From Eledone cirrhosa (lineage: Eukaryota): DNA of 64,000 bases. Where the stretch lies: NCBI GenBank assembly GCA_964016885.1, contig OZ024740.1, positions 102,858,001 to 102,922,000 of the forward strand, read 5' to 3'. The notes beneath the pieces are model-generated. The model saw only the letters and a list, made by a program, of their open reading frames with translations, searched no databases and was not told where the DNA came from. This document shows, one piece after another, positions 14,845 to 27,986 of this stretch (positions are counted from its first letter, which is position 1; each line of letters opens with the position of its first letter). Position numbers and translations under genes: made by a program.

Positions 14845-14848
<4 letters not shown>
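14673..14848 (+). mobile_element. 5'-truncated hammerhead-bearing element between (TA)n tracts
   Basis: gctg/cggc stem, then GAAA (14699-14702), palindromic actgcagt, T; CTGAnGA absent. Confidence 0.45.
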
Positions 14849-14899
<51 letters not shown>

Positions 14900-14910
14900 A
14901 CCCCAATATA

Positions 14911-14993
14911 TACAGCATGTCCCCACAAAATATATACACACTTCAATAGCATTCTACTAAATATATGTATATATTTTTTGGGGGACACCATGT
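14911..14993. mobile_element. Tc1/mariner-type mini-MITE (~80 bp)
   Basis: tacagcatgtccccacaaaatatataca ... tgtatatattttttgggggacaccatgt imperfect TIRs. Confidence 0.6.
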
Positions 14994-15532
14994 GTGTGTG
15001 TGTATATAAAGACCGAGAGGAAATGGAAAAATTATATGATATATAAAAATATACAAAGTTTAGAATCTACAATAATTATCCAAATTTCGAAATTTCCATT
15101 TAACACAAAATAACAAAAAGATCCCTCTTCTTATTTGAGGATTTGCTGTGAAATATATTACGGAATCTGTAAAATATGGTGAACCCTGGAGAATTTAAGA
15201 TGCAGGCTCTAATAAAAATACGTTACATTAAACTTTTTTTTTTTTAGAATATATATGACATTGAAGTACAGTTAAAAATTTGGGAGATGTTTTTGGAGAG
15301 TATTGAGCACCTATTTATTTGGTTTACAGAACATTTAGGGGACTGAAGAATGTGGAATAACGTGTAGAATATAGAGGAAAATAAATAACTAAAAGGGTTT
15401 ATTGGATGAGCAGAAAACTTAAGAAGACTTAAGAATTTATGTAGTATAATAGTGAATTCGTTGGAATGTAAGAAATAAATATATAGGATTAAGGTGCACG
15501 AAGCAATTTAAGGAGAAAGTGAGCCTATATTT

Positions 15533-15575
<43 letters not shown>

Positions 15576-15595
15576 AATTAAGTAATTCTCCGAAC

Positions 15596-15833
15596 TAAAT
15601 TCGTTCAATACCAAACCGCCTGAAATTGTCCCTGCTTCTAAGATACTAAGCTGTTTGTTTTAAAGTGTTTATATTTATTTAAAAACCTTCCAGCATAATT
15701 TTTTATAAGAACTGTTGTTATATTCTAAATATCAGCTTAATGAGAAAATTAGTTATATTACTAAATATTTTCCAAATCATTTGAAAATAATAGGCAGTGC
15801 TTTTCATTAAAAATATGATATCAAAAGGGTTAA
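15596..15833 (+). mobile_element. TTAA-ended MITE family (other copies near 8017-8770, 8930-9115, 24250-24463)
   Basis: Shared accttccagcataattt...attagaaatatgataatgaaagggttaa segments in several copies. Confidence 0.55.
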
Positions 15834-18029
15834 GGAATAAATTTGAAGCTAAGGAACACACAGCCCCCGTGAATTCATTGAACATATAAGATATTTTAGA
15901 TTATATAAGTAAGGAAAACAATTCATAAATTACATTGTGAATGATCTTCAGTTTTGATTATATTGAAAACCGAGAAAACATGATTACTTCAGTGGAAGAG
16001 AGAAAACAAACAGCAGGGAAAATTAAGATAATACGGTAAATTACCTTGCTAATTTGGTTCTTTCTTCATGTACATATGCTTTGTTTCCATAGTAATATTC
16101 AAGGATATAGAGAGAGATAGATAAATGGATAGAGAGAGATTGACAGGCAGAAAAATAGGTAGATATAGTATATGACAGAAGACTAAAATGTGGAAAGAAA
16201 AGATGACATAGTTAATGTTGTTGAAAATGTTTCCAAAAGATGCTGTTGTCTAGATTCAGTTTTACGTTGTTGGGAGGGAGGGGCAGAGAAATAATTATAA
16301 AGAAAAGAAAGAAAGAAGCTAGTTTGTTTGTTAGAAAGAAATACCGTTAGGCTGGAGTGGGGTAAGAGAGTAATTATTTAGCTAAGGAATATTCCCCGGC
16401 TAGTGAATGGTAGCAGCAGCAGCCTATACTAGAGCAGTCTCAAACTGTAGTAGCAGTAAAGCGGGAAGGAATTCCCAACACGTTTCATAGGTTAGTGTTG
16501 TTGTTGCGGTTGTTACTATTAATACTACTGTTGCTGATATGTTAGTTATTGTTGGTGGCGTTAGAGTTGTTGTTTTGTTGTAGTTTAGCTCTTTTTTTAT
16601 TTTAGAAAAATAGATTTGTTGTTATTTATTTTTTGCTCTTTAGAGACGGGTAGAGAAAGGGTAGAAATGTAGAGAGAGAGGGTAAAGAAAAAGGTAGAGA
16701 TATATAGAGAGAAGGGGAGGTAGAGAGAGTGGTGGTAGACCGAGAGCTAGGATAGATAGAGAGAAGTTGAGAGTGGGAAGGCAAAGAGAGAGGGGGCGTA
16801 AAGAGACAGGGAGAAACGAGTGAGGGGGGAGTAGATACAGTGACAGAGACTGAACATGGGAACATGTCTCCATTAACTTATCCCTTACTTCTATACCCAC
16901 TAGCTACTCCTTACTCCACCTTAAGGAGGGAGGGAGGTAAGTGGTGCTTCTTTAGAAAACAGCAGCGATGGTGGCTACATAGGGTGGGATGGTGGTAATG
17001 TTATTGATGATGGCGATGGTGGTGCTGATGTTAGTGCTATTGACAATTACACAAGAGTCGGATGGTAATAGTATTAATAATAATGGTGGCACTAGCGACA
17101 ATGGTGATGGTGGTGGTAATAGTATTATAAAGTGGAAGGGGCTGCAGGAAGCAAGAAAGGGGGCAGGTGATGGAAGAGAGGGTAAAAAGGTAAGGGTGAG
17201 GCAGGGGCAAATTTATATTTATTGCAAAGGAGCTTTTCAAATTGCAGCTGCAACAATGCACATAGATGTAGTACGGATGCTTAAAAGTGTGAAGGGAGAT
17301 GCAGTGAAGAGATTGTTGCTGCTACTGCTATTGCTATGGTTGTTACCACTGTTGCAGCTGCTGTTGTTGTAGTTGTTATTGTGCAGAACATCATTACAGT
17401 TAATTTAATAGAAACAAAAAATTACAATTGCATAAGTTAGACGAAGATCTTGTCTAAACTTGACTTTGACAACTCTCCAATCTAAATTTGAGTTAGAGTA
17501 ACTAGGCAGATCAAAACATACTTTGAACCACACTTGTGATTGACTAGACCCTAGTTTAAAGTTGAGCTAGACTAGATTGATCTAAACTTGTGATTTACTA
17601 GACTCTGGTTTAAAGTTGAGCTAGACTATGTATATATATATGGATCTGTAATTCTTGATGGAGTTGTGGGGGTGCCATTGTGATATATGAAGTTCAGAGA
17701 GGAAATGAGAAAGAGATATAAAGGGACAATTGAATCCAGTACTGGACTGATGCCTTTTTCTTGAGAGGATGAAAGGCAAAGTTGACTTTGGTAGGTTTTG
17801 AACTCAGAGATCAGGGAGCCAGAATGAATACCACAAAGCATTCTATCTGATGTTATAATGACACTGCCAATTCATTATCTGACCTAGACTATACTTAGAT
17901 CTTGTAATGGACAAGCCTAAACTTGATAAGTACATTTGAATTAGAGTTGCTCTATGCCTTGACATCAGCATGTGTGGGAAGCCATACTAATGTCACTGTG
18001 AAGCCACTGTTGGTTAGTTTGAGCTACTT

Positions 18030-18510
18030 ACTGTTTTTTGTTGTCACAGTGTCATTTTCCTATCCATGCTACTTTGAATATCATTAAAAGGAGCCTTGAT
18101 GTGGCTGAGTGGCTGTTATAACTGGAACCCATTGGCCTTGACTGTGTTGGTAAACACTCAGATAAGACAACTTTATTCTTGTTTGAGACAGATAAGTCAC
18201 CTGTCTAGGTTGTCACATTTTGTGACAATTTCTCCTATACCAATCTCATTGCTTCAGCCACAAACCTGGGCATCACTGCCAACACAGGAGTGAAATGTGA
18301 CCAAATACCAGGTATAGAGTGAACAATTCCTTTTTGTGCTGGTTACCAATGATACCTCTATTGTTCTCAGTCCCCTTGAGCCATTTTCTTCCTCTAAATC
18401 AGCTCAAGGCATTAGAGGAAGGAGCTCCATGAGGTGGAATAACAGATGCAGCATGTATCACTGGCTGTTCTGTGTGGCAACAATCTTGTCTGTGGTGTGA
18501 AACTGAGGTA
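18030..18510 (+). mobile_element. Decayed CRE-like non-LTR retrotransposon, RLE domain
   Basis: Stop-ridden translation HATLNIIKRSLDVA...LEPIGLDCVGKHSD...TFCDNFSYTNLIASA...KY resembles the CRE-type HxxLNDIIKRSL...LEPxGLDRGDGKRPDG pattern. Confidence 0.6.
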
Positions 18511-18753
18511 TGCCATCCAGCCAAGGTTTGCCTCCTACCCATTTCTCCCATCCCATTTTTGTCATTCATAAAAATTTATAAAAACTCCAGTTAGACTAGA
18601 ATCTGGTATAAACTTGAGATTGACTAAATAGACTCTGATCTTGACTCAAGTCTAAACATGTGTTAGACTAGATTTTCATGAAAATGTATGATTGATTAGA
18701 CTCTAACTTAAACCTCACATTAATTAACTCTTTAGTAATTACATTACTCTATA

Positions 18754-19329
18754 CTAGCAGAAAAACCACCCTTCGGGTGTTTTTCTGCTAGCATGTGTAG
18801 TGTGCATATTGATATTATACGCAAGTATATATGCTTGTAGATATGATACACCAAATAAAATTGACAATATACACAGAAATTGAACGAAGACCGTGTTACA
18901 CTGTATTATGTAATCAGTAACGTAACCCATGATACATTAAAAAAAGACGATATTATATATAAACTGCATTAGGAGAAAATTAGTGACAGAAATATATGAA
19001 TGTTTATTTAAGCGATTGCTAACCGGAAGTGTTGACATTTGAACATTTTAAAGTTGTGAATCTTTAAATAAGCAATAAAATATCAACAGCTACGAAATTT
19101 AGTAGATAAATTATGTAATATTCATTCATTATTTATTCAAAGTTAACTTTGCCTTTCATCCTTACGGGGTCGATAAAATAAAGTACCAGTATTACACTGG
19201 AATAATTGCTAGCCTTGTGCTAAAAGTAGAAACAATTATTTATTCAAAGTAATCCAACTTATTTTACAAACGGGATAAAAAATATATTCTGGACGCAGTC
19301 CCGCATTCCTTACTTTATTATAGTTTAGA
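18754..19329 (-). mobile_element. Non-autonomous Helitron-like element with a nested SINE
   Basis: Minus strand A|TCTAAACTATAATAAAG ... hairpin cacccgaagggtg, then gtttttctgCTAG|T. Confidence 0.65.
19141..19240 (+). mobile_element. 5'-truncated SINE S1 with 16-bp TSD
   Basis: attatttattcaaagt at ~19128-19143 and ~19235-19250 flanks the SINE 3' half. Confidence 0.85.
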
Positions 19330-19924
19330 TTTACTATTGTATTTTTGTGGTAAAGGCTTTATCTCACATAATATCGAATCTATGAGATTTTGATATTATT
19401 TATTTTGAGAACAATACTTTAACATTAGTATGAGTGGCCAGTTACAGCCAGTTTGAACAGAAAGAAAGAGGTAATGGAATTCTGGCTGGTTTAAATGCTT
19501 AAGGGTTAAGCTCTGGTCTAAACTTAAGTGAGACTTAACTATTTTATTCATTTAATTGTTTCATTTAGAAGAATGTGATCATGCTGGGGCACCATGTTCA
19601 TATTTTTCTCCTCCCTCAAAGGACTGGACCCAAAACATTACTCATTATCATCGTCGTCATCATCATCACTGTTTAACGTCTTATTTTCCACGCTTGCATG
19701 GATTAGACAGGTCGTCCACTTCTCCCATCCCCCTTCCATATTCCTCCTACATCTTAATCACTCCACCTTTCACCAGCTAAGTACTCCACCCTAGACCTAC
19801 CTCTCCATCCCCTACATACACATGCCTCCATCCCCACATTCCACATCTGAGGCACCTCTCTTGACTAACCCATGTATACAAGTATGGAAGGATGAACATG
19901 GTCTACAATACTGCCAAAATGGCT

Positions 19925-20657
19925 AAAAGATCTCAGTCTACCCTGTAAGATGGTTATGCTGGTGACACAATAAAAGCTCCTAGTTCACCATGTTGGTGTC
20001 ATGACAAAAGAGCACTGTTAGGTAACATGACAAAAAACCACTTACTCCTCTCTACAAGGTGGTCGTGCTGGTGACATGACAAATAGGCACCCAGACTACT
20101 CTGTAAGGTGGTCATGCTGGAGACATGACAGGAGGCACCCAATCCACCCTGTAAAATAGTTGTGTAGATGGAACAACAGAAGGTGCCCAGTCTGGCCAGT
20201 GGAATGGTCGGGTTGGTGACATGACAAAGAGTATTCAGTCTGCCCTGTAAGCTGGTCATGATAGTGACATGACAAAATGCACTCTGTCCACTATGTAGGG
20301 TGGTCATGTTAGCGAAACGACATGACAATAAACGCTCAGTCCACCCTGTAACGAGGTTGTGATGGTGACATAATAAAAACACCCAGCCCAAACTGTAAAG
20401 TGGTCATATTGGCAACACAGCAAAAAAGCACTCAGTTCACACTGTAAAATGGTTTTCTAGTGCCACAATAAGAAGCAGCCAATCTACACTGTAAATGTAG
20501 TTGCTGTTAGGAAGGGCGTCCAGCCAGAGAAACTGAGCAAGAAATAGTTCTCTTTGAGCAAGACACGGTCATCTGATCTGACTTGTCTCACAATGGGGAA
20601 AACTTGTCTAATCCATACGAGCATGGTAAATGGCTATTGAATGGTGATGATGATGAT
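19925..20657 (+). mobile_element. RTE 3' UTR fragment with ~12 tandem 47-bp subrepeats
   Basis: Units of gcacccagtccaccctgtaaggtggtcatgctggtgacatgacaaaa, then gttaggaagggcgtccagcc and a (GAT)n tail. Confidence 0.75.
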
Positions 20658-20947
20658 ATATATATATATGTTATTTAAATTTAAAATGTAGAGAGAAAGA
20701 AGCATATATCATTTAAGAAACACGTAGCATTTTGTACACATATATAAAGCAAATATTATACAGGAAAATATGAATACTTTAAGATGATAAAAAGCCATTT
20801 TTTCATAAACCAAAGAACAAAGTAAAACCATCGATCTAAGTAATCAATTATCGATTAATAACTATCAATTTTGGTAAAGCACTGAAAGACAAGATCTAAT
20901 CGTCAGTCTTATATGCTTTCTCTCTACATATATCTTTGGAATTTAAA

Positions 20948-21120
20948 TATCATATTTCCCTGCGTCGAAGACGCTACTTTTTCCTAAAATAAGTCTCAAA
21001 AATCTACCATGCGTTCTGGAGGCCGAAGGTTGTTTATTATTGTTTTTTTTTTATTTTTGGTTGTCAAAATTAAGGTGCATCCTCAAGGACGAAGCGTCTT
21101 CGGTGCTGGGAAATACGATA
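20948..21120. mobile_element. Tc1/mariner-superfamily MITE
   Basis: TIRs tatcatatttccctgcgtcgaagacgct / agcgtcttcggtgctgggaaatacgata. Confidence 0.7.
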
Positions 21121-21216
21121 ATTGATGCCCTGAACTAAGGTCCAGTGAGCTTATTTATTGAGAAACATGATCATCATGCATATTAAATATATATTGATAC
21201 CTTAACATAGTATATA

Positions 21217-21267
<51 letters not shown>

Positions 21268-21373
21268 GAATGAGGGGCTCTTTCTACTGACATGGCTTTA
21301 AAAAAGACGCTGTTTGCATAATTGCAAATGAATCAAATATTATTATTAATATTCGAAAAACTCAGATTACATT

Positions 21374-21414
<41 letters not shown>

Positions 21415-21416
<2 letters not shown>

Positions 21417-21693
21417 ATGATATTAAATAAATGGAAACTATATTTATAAAACCATATTTATTCTATTATATATATTTCAAGGGTACTAAAACTTTGTATT
21501 TTGTCTGATGAGAGTGAACCAAAGTTTTAGTATCCTTGAAATATATATAATAGAATAAATATGGTTTTACAAATCTAGTTTCCATTTATTGAATATCATT
21601 GAATATTATTCTCCAGAAAACTTGTCGAGTGCTTTGAATCAGTTATAAACATATATATTTGTTGAATTACCAACAAATTAAATATTCCTTTTG

Positions 21694-21695
<2 letters not shown>
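21415..21695 (+). mobile_element. Fold-back hammerhead element, family A
   Basis: Arms 21415-21496/21520-21601, 3' tail to 21695, (TA)n both sides; homologous to 60085-60465. Confidence 0.8.
21497..21557 (+). ncRNA. Type I hammerhead motif with degenerate stem II
   Basis: tattttgt CTGATGA(21505) ... GAAA(21538) atatatat A atagaata; stem I 8 bp with two G-U. Confidence 0.6.
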
Positions 21696-21751
<56 letters not shown>

Positions 21752-21757
<6 letters not shown>

Positions 21758-22065
21758 TTCAAAATATTAATAAATGTGGACATTCACGTAATCAAAATAT
21801 ATTTTATTATATATATTTCGGAGGTACTGTGCTGTTTTTTCAGTACGTCCTCATGTATTTTATCTGATGAGGACGTACTGAAAAAACAGCACAGTACCTC
21901 CGAAATATATATAATATAATATATTTTGATTACGTGATGTCTACATTTATTAATATTTTGAATTAATAGTAATAACTCCAGCAAACTTATTACTATTGAG
22001 TGCTTCTAATCTATTGTAAAACTATATTCATTGATTAATCAATGAACCCTTGTTTAACTTTTGGT
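21752..22065 (+). mobile_element. Fold-back hammerhead element, family D
   Basis: ~102-bp arms 21752-21854/21867-21968, tail to 22065, (TA)n both sides. Confidence 0.8.
21856..21921 (+). ncRNA. Type I hammerhead ribozyme motif
   Basis: tattttat CTGATGA(21864) ggacgtactg-loop-cagtacctcc GAAA(21902), stem III atatatat, A, atataata. Confidence 0.8.
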
Positions 22066-22133
<68 letters not shown>

Positions 22134-23347
22134 GAGAGAGAGAGAGGGGGGGAGAAATGGATAGGGGGAGTGTGATATGGATAGATAGACAAACACATCT
22201 GAGAGACAGATATATATACTGAGAGTGGTTTGAGGTAGGAGATAGTAGATAGTTTAGTTTTTATTCCCCTCTCACCACCACCAACTACAACCACTACAAC
22301 CAACACAACCACCACCACCACCACCACTACAACTACAACCACTACAACCAACACTATCACCACCACCTCCACCACTATAACTACAACCACTACAACCAAC
22401 ACAATCACCACCACCACCCTACAACTACCACCACTACAACCACCTCAACCACTACCAACACTATCACACAACCACCACTACCAATCCCCATGACTACCAC
22501 CACCACAACCACAGCCCCCCCCAACAGCTACCACCACTAAGACCCCCCTCCACACACACACACACACACACATGCGTGCACAACACACACTACAGAATAA
22601 AAATGTCATCAGGTGAGTCATCACAACAGATATTTGAGGACACAAGGATGAAAGACATGAGATGAGAGGTTTTTAGCTTACAGCTGTTGAGGCTGTATTG
22701 GTGTCCACATTGCTGTAGTTAGGAGACACATACAAGACACCTTTCTCTCTACCTCTGCCTCTCTGTCTTTCGCTTTCTATGTCTCTTTCTTTCTAGCTAT
22801 CTCTGACTATTTGTCTGCATGTCTATCTCTCTCTCTATCTGTGCCTGTTACTCTATCTCCGCATATTATGTCACATTTATTGTGTGTGTATGTGTTACTG
22901 TGTGTCCTTCCCTCTGTATTAGTCTCTGCATATGTGTATGCAACAGTGTGTGTGTGCATCTACATATCTGAGTGTATGCTTGTGTGTATGTATTGGTATG
23001 AGTGATTCTGTATGTGTCTGTATGCATGTGTTTGTGTTTGTGTGTGTATGTATCTGTATTACTCTATATGCATGTGCCTCTGTGTATATATATCTGTATG
23101 TGTGGCTCTGTATTCAGCCTGTATGTATGTGTCTGTATGTGAATGTACTAGGCACAACTCTGAATCCTTATGGTTGCAAAGGTTTCCTATGTAACTTTGG
23201 TGCACTGGGTTCAATCCTACTGCATGACACCTTCAGGAAAGTCCCTTCCTTCTACCAACCATAATCAAAGATGGACCCAAGGCTTGTGAGTGAAATATGG
23301 TAGCCATAAAATGTATAGAAGACTATCAGATGGATATATGGAGACGC

Positions 23348-23377
<30 letters not shown>

Positions 23378-23384
<7 letters not shown>

Positions 23385-23741
23385 CGAAGTGGAGTCTCCA
23401 CTGATTGCTGCGCCTGCTTGCCTGAGGACTGTGAGCGCCTGAGCGCATTCAATGTACCAGGCGCCCATCGTTTTCGGTCTTTTCTTGACCCAGGACTGCA
23501 GCTCCGTCAGCGAGACGAGCTGTGGGAAAGTCTGTCTCACAAACGGTGCCCACACTGGTTGGAGGTCGGTGAGGAATACCTGGAGATGCCGCAGCCTCAG
23601 CGCATGTTTGCGCATCATCAGCCACGGCATTCCCAGCTCTCCGTTGGAAGGGTGCTGACAGCAGACGGATCTCCTCATCAGCGGAGCCTGCTTCTTCCAC
23701 AGAAACTGGAAGAGCATGCGTTCCATCTTGGCGAGGTGTTA
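23378..23741 (-). mobile_element. Tx1/L1-clade LINE ORF2 fragment
   Basis: MERMLFQFLWKKQAPLMRRSVCCQHPSNGELGMPWLMMRKHALRL: FLW...GxLGxP motif C-terminal to RT; flanked by microsatellites. Confidence 0.8.
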
Positions 23742-23782
23742 TAGATAGATAGATAGACCAACAGACTGACAGATAGATAGAC

Positions 23783-23889
<107 letters not shown>

Positions 23890-25272
23890 GATATGCACAA
23901 ATAGAGGATCATCTTGTCACTCTGTCAAACTGATCCTGCCTAAGACTTACATTAACCATATTTTTAATGAAATGGAATGAACCTTCATCAGTTTCAATGG
24001 TGAGTGTTCACCAGCTTGCTCATGAAATGAACATGTAAATGGATGAACAATCCTACATACACGTAGGGAGATTCAGAGTAACACAGCGTGTGATGAGGCC
24101 TTTAAATTAAAGGTTCTGACCACCCATCGGGCTTTGAAACACTTTCCATCTACCCAGTTTCTCTCACAAGACATGGGCCAACCTGTGGCTATGGTAGACG
24201 ACACTTGCCCAAGATGCCACAGTGAATTTCGTTATAACGGAATTTCACTGCATCTGAATAAATTAATGAAGAATTTGGAGAGATTTACTAAATATATTAA
24301 TTATTTCATTATTATGATGGTATTTATAACATAATTTAACAAAAGGTTCTTATATCAAATTATGTTGAAGAATATTAATTTAAATGAAGACTTTTTAAAA
24401 TGGGTTTGAGTTCTTTTTATCAAACCAGAGGCAGTTTTGAGAAAATTGGTATCGAAACGGTTAAGAATACAAGCGTCTGTTGAATACACATATTTAAACC
24501 ATAATATAATGCACAAGTAGTTCCATGATTCTGCCTGAAAATTATGGTAAGAATACACAAGTGGCTGTTGAATACTCTACTACTTATAACATAATACAAT
24601 TGGTAAGTGGTTCCATGATTCTGCCTGAAGTGTATGCTAAGGGTAAAATGTAGATGTGGGATGCTCAGTCACTTTACACTATAATTCAATAAGTAGGTAA
24701 TTCTGTTGATCAATAAAACACTCAACAATAAGAACACTCATCATTCAAATCAACACGAGATCCATTTTTTTTATTTATTAATCTGTGTCTGTAGGTGTAT
24801 TTGTGTGTGTGTGCATGTATATTTGTGTGTATATGTATGTTTGTATGTGTGTATGTATGTGTTTGTGTATGTGTGTTTGTGTGTATCTGTTTGTTTGTGT
24901 GTGTGCGTTTATGTGTGTATGTGTGTGTGTGTTTCTGTGTATGTGTGTAAGTATGCATGTATGTATGTATATATGTATGGGTTTGTGTGTATGTGTGTTT
25001 GTGTGTGCTTGTGTGTGTGTGGGTGTATGTGTGCATACACACACGTGTGTATGAGCCCGTGTGTGTAACAATGTAAATATGATTGCAGTCTGTCTCTCTT
25101 TTTCTTTCTCTGTCTCCCTTCCCCCTATATCTTTCTTCTTACCATCTCCTTCCATCATTATAGACATGTGTAGATGTGTATATATATATATTTGTATCTA
25201 TAATACATAAATACATAAGAATATATACACAAATGTAAATGAAGATATAGACACATACATGCACATATATGC

Positions 25273-25318
<46 letters not shown>

Positions 25319-25553
25319 ATATGTCTGTGTATATATGTGTGTATGTATATATATGTGTGTGTATCTATGTATATGTGTGTGTGTATACATATGAATAAAT
25401 CTATCTACTTACACACACACATATTTATGACTTAGACATACATGTGTCAAACATAATGACATATGGCAATATAAAATATGACACTGAGTTAAAGAACATA
25501 GAACATATCACATATCAGAATTATATAAGTAAATATCAATATATATACATACA

Positions 25554-25673
<120 letters not shown>

Positions 25674-25913
25674 GTATATATATATATATGTATATATATA
25701 CACACACACACACATATATATATATGGTGGGGTTCTCTGAGCAAAGACAATGGAAAAAAACAATGGAAAAACAGACAATCCCATCTCTTCACTTAACCTC
25801 TTGAAAACACTACAGTTTTGGTACATTAAGGTTGATATCATTCATTCAAGTGCACATTGGGATGTAATGAAACAGGTAGAGACAAAGACAGGACAATCTA
25901 TGTCTTTTGTATA

Positions 25914-26562
25914 TACAGTGGAACCTTGGTTCATGAACACCTCTGATCATAAAGAAATTGGTTCTTGAATAATTTTCCCGAACATAAAACATCATGGTTC
26001 ATGAATGGTGTCTCGAGTAACGAACACACAAGCCAGCAACAAACTTGGAGTATCGAAAGGAAAGTGTCACTTAGTGTCTAGTTAGTTGGATGGAGGCACT
26101 CCGTCAGTACGACGAGTGTTCCAGTTGATCCGATCAACGGAACAGTCTGCTGGTCAAATTAACGTGCAGGTGGCTGAGTATTCCACAGACACGCATACCC
26201 TTTACGTAGTTCTCAGGGAGATTCAGTTTGAAACAGTGTGTGACAAGGCTGGTTCTTTGAACTACTGGTACAACGCATTTTTGCCAGCTGAGTGGACTGG
26301 AGCAACATGAAATAAAGTGTCTTGCTCAAGGACACAATGCGCTGCTGAGAATCAAACTCACAAACTTACGATTGTGAGCTGAATACCCTAACCACAAAAC
26401 CACACGCCTTCAGTTAATTACTATGGTGATATCTATCTGTCTTTCTCACACAGTCTCTCTCTCAATATTTCACATGCGAAAATTAGTTTTGGTTTACGAA
26501 CATTTCAGGTGACAAACGGCCTTCAGAAATGAATTAAGTTCGTAAACCGAGGTTCCACTGTA
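25914..26562. mobile_element. Tigger/pogo-type MITE interrupted by a SINE
   Basis: TA-cagtggaaccttggttcatgaac ... gttcgtaaaccgaggttccactg-TA. Confidence 0.8.
26075..26412 (-). mobile_element. tRNA-derived SINE, family S2 (other copies near 4720-4970, 8160-8410, 34880-35030)
   Basis: Shared ctggagcaacatgaaataaagtgtcttgctcaaggacacaa followed by a reverse tRNA-like head. Confidence 0.75.
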
Positions 26563-26861
26563 TATGTGTATGTTTATACATACGTACATATATATAACAT
26601 ATTTGACCAAAATACCATGAGTGAAGTTAGTAACAGGGTACGGGATGACCAAAGTCATTGTTTTCTTTCGTTTTTGTTACTTTCTTTGTTAGACACGTTT
26701 TAGGAGATGGCACTAATCTGGTAGGTTTTAATTTTAAATGTTTTTGCAAATCTTTGTTTGCATATTTGATCTTATTTGTACATGTATGTTTGTGTATATA
26801 TGGTTTAATCTTAATTATGTCTTAAATTCATGTGTATATATTCATATTTATATATATGTAA

Positions 26862-27050
26862 ATAATTGTTTCTACTTTTGGCACAAGGCCAGCAATTATT
26901 CCAGTGTACTACTGGCACTTTATTTTATCGACCCCGTAAGGATGAAAGGCAAAGTTAACCTCGGCGAGATTTGAACTTAGATCATAAAGGGAGGTAACTC
27001 TATGCTTCAAAGCATGGCGTCCGACCCTTACCGATACTGCCAATCCACCG
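26862..27050 (-). mobile_element. SINE S1 with TSD tatgtaaataat
   Basis: Reverse complement of 6738-6924; flanking direct repeat. Confidence 0.85.
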
Positions 27051-27496
27051 TATGTAAATAATGACATTGAAGCTTATGCTTTTGTGTCTCCTTTTGATTT
27101 ATGTGATATTCATCTTTAGCTCATTTCACTTATTTCTTTAATGGCTTCGGTAATATTTGGTTTTTGTTTTATGTTGTGTTGTACGAACTTGTTTGGGGTT
27201 TAAAATTGAGAGATGATGGGAAAAGTTGGAGTATGGCCTATTATGTATTGGGGTCATAGTCGCTGCAGATAATAATAACTCTTTTAGTATAATCATATAG
27301 AAACTACGTAATATGACAGCTGCAGTTTGATAATGTCTGTTTTCTCCATTTAGTGGCCGCTGCAGTCCTGTTCAGTTTGCCGAATTTGGAGGGTTGGTCA
27401 CGGATTGGTTTAGCAGGAATTATGAGTGCAGGTTGGCATTCTGTTTAGAGTGTTTGCTCAGTGTTTTTGTTTTTTTTGTGTGCGTATGTATGTATG

Positions 27497-27555
<59 letters not shown>

Positions 27556-27557
<2 letters not shown>

Positions 27558-27986
27558 GTTGTAGGTCATGTCTGAGAGGAAAGAGTACCCAATACCAAAG
27601 TAGAGTTTTAGTATTCATTTTATTAAGGCTAAATAGTGAGTCGTGTTACTTAATAAAATGTATTTATATATATTGAGATGACAGAATAGATTTCTTAAAT
27701 CATTTAATAGCTTTACAAATGTTTCAATACATCTTATTCAACTAATGCTAATTTTATTTCAATTTAGTTAAAGAAGGAAAAAATATTGTGTATCACAAAC
27801 ATGATTAAATATTGCACATCTTCAGAAGCAATATGAACATTTATACAATGACTTGAGATTCCACAAGCCCAAAAGAAAAAGTTGTACCTTCGGAGGATTA
27901 CATGTTTAATATTTAGTTGAATAAGATATATTGAAACATTTGTACAGCTATTACATAGTTCAAGAACTCTATTTTATCATCTCAAT
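27556..27986 (-). mobile_element. Older fold-back hammerhead element
   Basis: Imperfect arms 27672-27745/27913-27986; minus strand gctt CTGAAGA(27825-27819) ... GAAA catttgT A aagc; tail ends at (TA)n. Confidence 0.6.

Noticed and set aside
16041-16185. Candidate minus-strand exon (ttttag ... gcaag|gtaatt)
   Set aside because: Plausible splice signals but no recognisable protein; might be UTR and cannot be supported without transcripts
20687-20929. ~20-bp inverted ends with an internal CTGACGA (minus) and GAAAcacgta (plus)
   Set aside because: Core halves are on opposite strands; no consistent fold
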